Source: Nannocystales bacterium
GTDB taxonomy: Bacteria > Myxococcota_A > Polyangia > Nannocystales > Nannocystaceae
Assembly: GCA_050633305.1 (NCBI GenBank)
Contig: JBOEGF010000001.1
Coordinates: 128,001 to 192,000 of the forward strand
Direction: 5' to 3'
Length of the DNA stretch: 64,000 bases
Shown here piece by piece: positions 17,690-24,897 of this stretch (within the stretch, counting starts at the first letter, position 1; each line of letters begins with the position of its first letter). A program made the translations under genes and the position numbers. The notes beneath the pieces were generated by a model. The model did not search any database and was not told the origin of the DNA. It saw only the letters and a list, made by a program, of their open reading frames with translations.

Positions 17690-20353
17690 ATGGGTTACGA
17701 CCCCCAAGCGATCGAAGCACGTTGGCAGGCCAGCTGGGACGAACACCAGACGTTCCGCGCCGAGGTCGACCTCGAGAAGCCGAAGTTCTACGTGCTGGAC
17801 ATGTTCCCGTATCCCTCGGGCGACGGGCTGCACGTCGGACACGTCGAGGGGTACACGGCCACCGACATCGTGGCCCGCTACAAGCGGATGCGGGGATTCA
17901 ATGTGTTGCACCCGATGGGGTGGGATGCATTCGGGCTTCCGGCGGAGCGACACGCGATGAAGTCGGGCCGCCATCCGGCCGACGTCATCGAAGAGACGAG
18001 CGGCAACTTCCGCAACCAGCTCAAGCGGCTTGGCTTCTCGTACGACTGGTCGCGCGAGATCAACACGACCGATCCGGCCTACTACAAGTGGACGCAGTGG
18101 ATCTTCCTGCAGATGTGGAAGCACTACTACGACCACGAGGCGAAGACGGCCAAGCCGATCGAGGCGCTTCCGATCCCCGAGGAGGTCAAGGCTCAAGGTG
18201 ATACCGCCGTGGCGGCGTACCAAGACAGCCGCCGACTCGCGTACCTCAACGAGGCACCCGTCAACTGGTGTCCGGCGCTGCGCATCGTGTTGGCCAACGA
18301 GGAGGTCGCCGAGCACGTCGAGTCTGGCTATGAGGTCGTCCGTCGGCCCATGAAACAGTGGATGCTGCGCATCACCGAGTACGCCGAGCGCTTGCTCGAG
18401 GATCTGGAAGGCCTCGATTGGCCACCCCACGTGCTCGAGATCCAGCGCAACTGGGTCGGCCGGTCCGAAGGCGCTCGGGTCAGCTTTGGCGTGGAAGGAC
18501 ACGCCGACGCTGCCATCGAGGTGTTTACGACGCGTCCGGACACGCTGTACGGGGCGACGTACATGGTGCTTGCACCGGAGCACCCCCTGGTGGCGGCGAT
18601 CACGGCCGAAACGCGGCAGGCGGAGGTGCAGGCCTACGTCAAGCAGACGAGCCTCCGTACGGAGCGCGATCGTCAAGCCGCCTCGGCGGAGGGCCTCAAG
18701 ACCGGGGTGGATACCGGGGCGCGTGCGGTCCATCCCCTCACCGGCGAGACCATCCCCGTGTTCATCGCGGACTACGTGCTGATGGGCTACGGCACGGGTG
18801 CCATCATGGCCGTGCCGGCGCATGACGAGCGCGACCACGCGTTCGCCAAGGCCAAGAACCTGCCCATCGTGCAGGTGGTCGCGCCGCTACGCGGGGACGC
18901 CGTCGATGTGCAGGAAGCCGCGTTCGTTGGGCTGGGCAAGGCCGTCAACTCGCCGTCCATCGACGGACTTCCGACCGCCGAAGCCAAGGCCAAGATGATC
19001 GCGCACCTGGTCGAGCAAGACATTGGCGTCGGCACCGTCAACTACAAGCTGCGCGACTGGCTGTTCAGCCGTCAGCGGTACTGGGGCGAGCCGTTCCCCT
19101 TGGCCTACGATTCACAGGGGACAGTCACGCCGATCGCCGAGTCTGAGCTTCCGGTCGAGCTTCCCAAGGTCCCCGACTACGACCCGTCCGAAGACGGCGA
19201 GGCCCCGCTGGCACGTGCGGAGGCGTGGCGGGAGCTGCCCGATGGCCTGCGGCGCGAGGTCAACACGATGCCGCAGTGGGCGGGCAGTTGCTGGTACTAC
19301 CTGCGCTTCGCCGACCCCCAGAACGCGGACGTACCGTGGGCGGAGGACATTGAGCGCTACTGGCTGCCCGTCGACCTCTACGTCGGTGGTGTCGAGCACG
19401 CGGCGACGCACCTGCTGTACTCCCGGTTCTGGCACAAGGTGCTCTTCGACTTGGGGAAGGTCCACACCCGCGAGCCGTTCAAGCGGCTGTTCAACCAGGG
19501 GATGATCCTCGGGGCGACCTTCGTGCCGCCGGACAAGCGGCGCGACGAAGACGGGAAGAAGGTCGCGTTCCTGCCCGACCAAGTCGACACGTCCGAAGAT
19601 GCCCAGGGCAACGACGTCTACTCGGTCAAGGAGACCGGGGAGAAGGTGGAGATCCACTGGGACAAGATGTCGAAGTCCAAGGGCAACGTCGTGAACCCGG
19701 ATGAGGTCGTCGCGCAGTACGGCGCCGATGCAATCCGGGTCTACGAGATGTTCATGGGTCCGCTTGAGCAGAGCGCGCCGTGGCAAACCACCGGGCTGGC
19801 GGGGACGCACCGGTTCCTGCAGCGGGTGCATCGGCTCATCTGGGACGAGGACGGCAACGTTCGCGACCTGCCCGCGGGCGAGGGGTCGCCGCGTCAGCGA
19901 AAGCTGTTGCACAAGACCATCGCGGAGGTGACCGAGCGGACCGACAGGATGGGCTTCAACACCGCGATCGCCTCCATGATGGTGTTTGTGCGCGATGTGC
20001 AAACCGCGGACGAGCCGATCGGCGCCTCCGCTGCGGAGCAGTTCTCCTTGCTCCTGGCGCCCTACGCCCCGCACCTCGCGGAGGAGATCTGGAGCGCGCT
20101 CGGCCACGGCGAGACGTTGTCCTACGAGCCCTGGCCGGCCGCCGACGAGGCGCTGTTGGTCGACGACAGCTTCATGCTCGTGCTCCAGGTTGGCGGCAAG
20201 CGCCGCGGCGAGCTGCAGGCGCCCAAGTCGGCCTCGAAAGCCGAGCTGGAGGCGCTCGCCCGGGATTCGGACGTGGTCAAGAAGTGGTTGGGCGACAAGG
20301 AGCCCAAGCGGGTGATCGTCGTCCCGGGGCGGTTGGTCAACTTCGTTGTCTGA
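17690..20353 (+). CDS. leuS: Leucine--tRNA ligase
   Basis: DMFPYPSG..LHVGH (HIGH), FTTRPDT and GTGAIMAVPAHD (editing domain), RDWLFSRQRYWG, KMSKSKGN, C-terminal VPGRLVNFV. Confidence 0.98.
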   Translation: MGYDPQAIEARWQASWDEHQTFRAEVDLEKPKFYVLDMFPYPSGDGLHVGHVEGYTATDIVARYKRMRGFNVLHPMGWDAFGLPAERHAMKSGRHPADVIEETSGNFRNQLKRLGFSYDWSREINTTDPAYYKWTQWIFLQMWKHYYDHEAKTAKPIEALPIPEEVKAQGDTAVAAYQDSRRLAYLNEAPVNWCPALRIVLANEEVAEHVESGYEVVRRPMKQWMLRITEYAERLLEDLEGLDWPPHVLEIQRNWVGRSEGARVSFGVEGHADAAIEVFTTRPDTLYGATYMVLAPEHPLVAAITAETRQAEVQAYVKQTSLRTERDRQAASAEGLKTGVDTGARAVHPLTGETIPVFIADYVLMGYGTGAIMAVPAHDERDHAFAKAKNLPIVQVVAPLRGDAVDVQEAAFVGLGKAVNSPSIDGLPTAEAKAKMIAHLVEQDIGVGTVNYKLRDWLFSRQRYWGEPFPLAYDSQGTVTPIAESELPVELPKVPDYDPSEDGEAPLARAEAWRELPDGLRREVNTMPQWAGSCWYYLRFADPQNADVPWAEDIERYWLPVDLYVGGVEHAATHLLYSRFWHKVLFDLGKVHTREPFKRLFNQGMILGATFVPPDKRRDEDGKKVAFLPDQVDTSEDAQGNDVYSVKETGEKVEIHWDKMSKSKGNVVNPDEVVAQYGADAIRVYEMFMGPLEQSAPWQTTGLAGTHRFLQRVHRLIWDEDGNVRDLPAGEGSPRQRKLLHKTIAEVTERTDRMGFNTAIASMMVFVRDVQTADEPIGASAAEQFSLLLAPYAPHLAEEIWSALGHGETLSYEPWPAADEALLVDDSFMLVLQVGGKRRGELQAPKSASKAELEALARDSDVVKKWLGDKEPKRVIVVPGRLVNFVV

Positions 20354-20590
20354 TCCGACGGGCATCGCCCGTCAGTCCTGCCCTCGTCCTCCCTGCGACA
20401 CCGGTGTTCGCGCAGTCTCCGTTTGCGGGGTAGGACCGGGGGTTGGGGCCCTCTCGTCTGGATGTATGCGTTCGTGGTAGCGTGGGGCATCGGTCGGCGG
20501 GCGCTCATTGGCCCGTCTGGGCTCGTCTCCGGGGGGAGCGGGCTCCGGCACACCGCCGCTACCGAATGGATCACGAGGGAACGAACTGTC

Positions 20591-22132
20591 ATGAATCGAC
20601 TTGAGACTCTGGCTTGTGTAGGCGCGCTTCTGTTCGCGGCGACATCTTGTGGCGACGATGCGGGCGGTGACGACGAGTCCGGCTCGACGCTTCCAACCAC
20701 GTTGACGATGACCCCCACGGGAGGCGCGACCGACAGTATGAGCGGACCCGAGGACGACTCCGGGGACGAGACGGGTGAAAAACTCGACGTCGGTGGTGGC
20801 GGGAGCGGTCCTGGCGGTGGGTGCGGCGGAAGTGACCTTGGCTGCACCGACAAGATCGACCTGCTGTTCGTGATCGACAACAGCGGCACGATGGCGGTTG
20901 AGCAGGAGAACCTGGCGCGGAACTTCCCGCTCCTGGTTCAGCAGCTCGAGAGCCTCACGGACTCGATGGGCAACCCGGTCAACCCGGACGTCCAGATCAT
21001 GGTCACGAACACCGACTTCGGGAACCCGTTGTGCACGGCGTTCGAGCCCGAGGGCTACGACCCCTCCCGGGGGGCTCCGGTCACGACTCCGTGCACGGAT
21101 CGCATCGGGGACTTTACCGGTCTGGGGAACAGCCCGGACATGGTGCCCGAGGCCTGCACCAGCAGCTGTATCTCGGGTGCTGCACCCGAAGGGGACCCGT
21201 TCGTGGCGTTCAGCAACGGCATGGACAACATCCCCGACTCGATCCTCGAGGCGGACATCAACGGGGACGGCACCCCGGACAGTCCGGTCGCGCAGGCGCT
21301 CGGCTGCCTCGGGCCTCAGGGCATCAACGGCTGTGGATATGAGTCTCCCCTGGAGAACATGCTGCAGGCGCTCAACCCGGGCGCGGAGTGGAACCAAGGT
21401 TCGAAGCCGTTCCTTCGCCCGGATGCGCTGTTGGCTGTCGCGATCATCACCGACGAGGCCGACTGCTCGGTGCAGAACTACGACATCATGACCGACGCGA
21501 CCTATCAGGAGATCGAGCCAGGGTCGGGCATGCCCGAGTCCTCGTCGGCGATCTGCTGGAACGCGGGGGTGAGTTGTCAGGGCCCCGACGCGAACGGCGT
21601 GTACTCGGACTGCGTTGCTTCGGACACGGAGGGCACGCTGCAGCCGATCTCACGCTACACGGACTACTTGATCAACACGCTGCGCATGCAGGGGCAGAAG
21701 GAGGTCGTCATGTTGGGAATCCTCGGTGTGCCCGAGGTGACCGACCACAACTCCGAAGCTCCGTTCGAGCCCATCGCGGGTGGGGTCTTGGATCTGGAGT
21801 ACCGCAACTGGCGGGACGGCGAGTACACGGGCATCCCCGGCGGTGGCGACATCCTTCCCGATGAGTTCGCGACGGGAACGACCGCAGCCGACAAGCAGTT
21901 CGACTTCGGTGTGGGTCCAGGTTGCACAGGTGGGAGCGTAGCCACCAGCTTCACCGGTCAGGCGATTCCTCCGGTGCGCATCAAAGAAGTTTGCGAGTCC
22001 CTCAACATCGAGAACGCCGACGGGTCCATCGATGTGCGCTGCTGTATCGAGTCGATCTGCGACGACGACTTCTCGGCCGCGATTCAGTGCCTGGCAGGCA
22101 TCATCGGCGAGTCGCTCGTCGTTCCGGGTTGA
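20591..22132 (+). CDS. Cys-rich vWA-domain lipoprotein, paralog 1
   Basis: Lipobox ATSC and an acidic linker. IDLLFVIDNSGTM (MIDAS-like DxSxT), GCGYE.PLE.M, FLRPDALLAVAIITDEADCS. Confidence 0.8.
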   Translation: MNRLETLACVGALLFAATSCGDDAGGDDESGSTLPTTLTMTPTGGATDSMSGPEDDSGDETGEKLDVGGGGSGPGGGCGGSDLGCTDKIDLLFVIDNSGTMAVEQENLARNFPLLVQQLESLTDSMGNPVNPDVQIMVTNTDFGNPLCTAFEPEGYDPSRGAPVTTPCTDRIGDFTGLGNSPDMVPEACTSSCISGAAPEGDPFVAFSNGMDNIPDSILEADINGDGTPDSPVAQALGCLGPQGINGCGYESPLENMLQALNPGAEWNQGSKPFLRPDALLAVAIITDEADCSVQNYDIMTDATYQEIEPGSGMPESSSAICWNAGVSCQGPDANGVYSDCVASDTEGTLQPISRYTDYLINTLRMQGQKEVVMLGILGVPEVTDHNSEAPFEPIAGGVLDLEYRNWRDGEYTGIPGGGDILPDEFATGTTAADKQFDFGVGPGCTGGSVATSFTGQAIPPVRIKEVCESLNIENADGSIDVRCCIESICDDDFSAAIQCLAGIIGESLVVPG

Positions 22133-22154
22133 GCGATCGCGCCTCGAGTCCGGG

Positions 22155-22183
22155 AAGCCTCCGCGTTCGCGCGGGGGCTTTTT
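22155..22183 (+). terminator. Rho-independent terminator
   Basis: aagcctccgcg-ttcg-cgcgggggctt followed by ttt, 22 nt after the stop codon. Confidence 0.8.
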
Positions 22184-22361
22184 GCGTTTGCTCGTCCCAA
22201 CAAGCGTGCGATCGCAGCGCGATCCAACTCACGGCTCGTTCGTCTTCGGCGCACGCCAGGTATTGCGACCAGAGTGCGCGTTTGACAGACTCGGGCCTCG
22301 TCGAGCACTGCGGGGGGTAGTTCTCGGGGTCGGCCTCACGGTCAGCAGTAGCGGAGCAATC

Positions 22362-23900
22362 ATGATGAAGCACAAGACACTCGGCGTTTTCGCCTCGGCG
22401 ATGATGATCAGCCTCGCGGCATGCGAGGAGGCGCGCCAGGAGGACGCCGGCGAAACAGACGCCGTCGCTTCCGCGACGGACAACAACACCAGCGGCCCGG
22501 CCACCGGCGCCGACACCAGTGGGTCCGCCTCGACGGGCGAGGAGAAGCTCGACATCGGCAACGCGACGACCGGGATGTTGCCTGGGTGTGTCGGCGACGG
22601 CACATGCAACGAGATCGACCTTCTGTTCGTCGTCGACAACAGCGGCACCATGGGGGAGGAGCAGCTCAACCTTGCGGCCAACTTCCCGCTGCTGGTCGAG
22701 AAGCTCGAGAACATCGAGGACAGCGAAGGCAACCGCGTCAACCCGAGCGTCAACATCATGGTGACGACCTCGGACATGGGGCACCCGCTGTGTACGCCCT
22801 TCCAAAAGGCCGACTACACGCCGCGTCAGGGCGCTCCGGTCTACGAGGGCTGCAACGCGCGGATCAACCGCTTCACGGGTCTCGAGATGGAGGACCCCAC
22901 GGTCATCACCGAGGCATGCACGCAGAACTGCCCCGCAGATGTGGCACCCGGCCAGCCGTTCATCCACTTTGACGTGGCGGGCAGCAACGTCCCCAACGAC
23001 GACGTGGGCGCTGCACTGAGCTGTATTGGACCGCAGGGCATCGACGGGTGTGGCTACGAGGCCCCACTGGAGTCGATGCTGCAGGCGATCAACCAGGACG
23101 CGTGCTGGAACAACCCGGACCAAGAACGCTGCGACGAGAGCGAGGAGTGGGGATCCCTCAACCGAGGCTTCCTCCGTGAAAACGCCGTGCTCGCGGTCGT
23201 GATCATCACCGACGAGTCCGACTGCTCGGTCACGCCCCCCGGTGGCTTCAGCTACTTCACTTCGGACGACTCCTACTGGGCCGTCAACCCGGAGACCGAA
23301 GGCAGACAAGCCAGCTCGGCGGTGTGCTGGAACGCCGGGGTGCAGTGTGAAGACGCCGACGACGACGGGGTCTACGAGTCGTGTTCCGCCGACTCCAGCG
23401 CGGGCGCGCTCCACTCGGTCGATCGCTACGTCTCGTACCTCAGCTGGCTCCGGGAAGAGCGTGACAAAGAGGTCATCATGCTCGGGATTCTCGGTGTTCC
23501 GCCGGTCACGGCCCACAACAAGGAGGCTCCGTTCGAGCCGATCGAAGGCGGTCTCCTGGACTTGGAGTACCGCGACTGGGTCGATGGTGAATTCGATGGC
23601 ACGCCGGCCGGCGGCGACATCCTGCCCGACGAGTGGGCCAACGGGGTGACCGCCGATACCAAGCGCTTCCAGTTTGGGAACGTGGGCCCGGGCTGCACGG
23701 GGACCGACGCGGACGGCAATTTCACCGGGCAGGCGATTCCGCCCGTTCGAGTCCGCGAAGTCTGTGAGAGCCTCAACTACACGGACGAGGACGGCGAGCA
23801 GATCCGCTGCTGCGTCGAGTCGATCTGCTCGACCGACTTCTCGCCCGCGATCGAGTGCCTCACCGGCATCATCCAGGACACCATCGGCCCCGCTGGCTGA
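22362..23900 (+). CDS. Cys-rich vWA-domain lipoprotein, paralog 2
   Basis: GGAG SD; lipobox LAAC. IDLLFVVDNSGTM and FLRENAVLAVVIITDESDCS. Collinear with the upstream paralog, including FTGQAIPPVR..EVCESLN. Confidence 0.8.
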   Translation: MMKHKTLGVFASAMMISLAACEEARQEDAGETDAVASATDNNTSGPATGADTSGSASTGEEKLDIGNATTGMLPGCVGDGTCNEIDLLFVVDNSGTMGEEQLNLAANFPLLVEKLENIEDSEGNRVNPSVNIMVTTSDMGHPLCTPFQKADYTPRQGAPVYEGCNARINRFTGLEMEDPTVITEACTQNCPADVAPGQPFIHFDVAGSNVPNDDVGAALSCIGPQGIDGCGYEAPLESMLQAINQDACWNNPDQERCDESEEWGSLNRGFLRENAVLAVVIITDESDCSVTPPGGFSYFTSDDSYWAVNPETEGRQASSAVCWNAGVQCEDADDDGVYESCSADSSAGALHSVDRYVSYLSWLREERDKEVIMLGILGVPPVTAHNKEAPFEPIEGGLLDLEYRDWVDGEFDGTPAGGDILPDEWANGVTADTKRFQFGNVGPGCTGTDADGNFTGQAIPPVRVREVCESLNYTDEDGEQIRCCVESICSTDFSPAIECLTGIIQDTIGPAG

Positions 23901-23923
23901 GCGTTCTCGACGACGGTACGAAG

Positions 23924-23957
23924 AAGGCCGCCTGTCCCTTGGGACTTGGCGGCCTTT
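23924..23957 (+). terminator. Probable (possibly bidirectional) terminator hairpin
   Basis: aaggccgcc-tgtcccttgggact-tggcggcctt(t) between convergent genes. Confidence 0.6.
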
Positions 23958-24015
23958 GTCGTGGTGGGCGCTCCTGGGGCCCGCAGTGGGCCTCGAGAAG
24001 GGGCTTGGGCTGAGC

Positions 24016-24672
24016 TCAGCCTTGCTTGCGCAGGTAGCCGCCGCCGTTGCGGGTGATCTTGACCCGTCGCTTGGTCGCGCTGCCTTCGATGTGGATGTAG
24101 CCCTTCGTCCGGAGATGTCGGACGATGATCCGGAGCTGGTCCGACGTGAGTTCGGTGGCAGACACCAGCTCGGACTCCTTCAGGGGTCCCTGCGAAGAGA
24201 GCGAGCGCAGGACTCGTAGGTCGCCATCGGGTACATCCGCGCGTCGCCGGATGACTTTGGGGCCCGCGTCGAGCTCCATGGCGGGGATGCCGTCCGCGTC
24301 GACCTTGGGGGAGGGCTTCGCGGCCTTCTTTGCAGCAGCCTTGGGTTTCTTCTTGGCCGCCTCGATCAGCTCGCGGACGGTGAAGAGCTCCAGGACCGGG
24401 GCGATGGCAGGGTTTCCACGAGCGGCCTGGACCAGCTCTCCCAGCGTTGCGTGGTCGGGCAAGGAGTCGATGACCTTGCGCAGCACCTCTCGAAGAGATT
24501 CTGCCCACGCATCGTCGGCCGCGGGCTCCTCCCCGTCGGCAGGGGCGGATTCGTCCGTCAGAGTGTCCCCACCGTCCTCGGGTGGGCTTTCGGCAGCCGG
24601 ATCGGCGGTGGCGGCCTCGGCGAACGTTTCTTCCGCTTCCGCCGTGGATGTACTTGCTCGTGATCGACCCAT
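24016..24672 (-). CDS. Putative winged-helix DNA-binding protein with acidic N-terminus and K/A-rich linker
   Basis: C-terminus LRVLRSLSSQGPLKESELVSATELTSDQLRIIVRHLRTKGYIHIEGSATKRRVKIT looks like a wHTH; linker AKKKPKAAAKKAAKP. Confidence 0.6.
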   Translation of the reverse strand: MGRSRASTSTAEAEETFAEAATADPAAESPPEDGGDTLTDESAPADGEEPAADDAWAESLREVLRKVIDSLPDHATLGELVQAARGNPAIAPVLELFTVRELIEAAKKKPKAAAKKAAKPSPKVDADGIPAMELDAGPKVIRRRADVPDGDLRVLRSLSSQGPLKESELVSATELTSDQLRIIVRHLRTKGYIHIEGSATKRRVKITRNGGGYLRKQG

Positions 24673-24838
24673 GGTCTTGTCGGCCTCTCGTCTTGTCCCT
24701 TGCACAACCCCAACGAGGGAGCGCGCAGCAGGCTGGCGAGCCCGCGTGCTGAGGCTCCTATGGCGAGACTCTCAGCGCGCGGCTTGCTCCGCCGAGGCGG
24801 AACAGATCGCGTCAGCATGTTGCTTGGGGCCTGCGCGA

Positions 24839-24869
24839 CTGTCAAGCGAGGGCGCTGCGCACTTGACAG
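24839..24869. promoter_or_regulatory. Inverted repeat ctgtcaag-N15-cttgacag (back-to-back TTGACA -35 boxes or an operator)
   Basis: Perfect 8-bp inverted repeat containing TTGACA on each strand, between the divergent wHTH gene and purL. Confidence 0.5.
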
Positions 24870-24897
24870 GGATCTCCGAGGACGAGAGGAACGGGTC

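Noticed and set aside
24696..24897. Known ZTP or PRPP (ykkC) riboswitch before purL
   Set aside because: The hallmark sequences (GACUGGCG...GCCUGGG; CUAGGGUUCCG...AAAAG) are absent. Kept only as an unknown structure.
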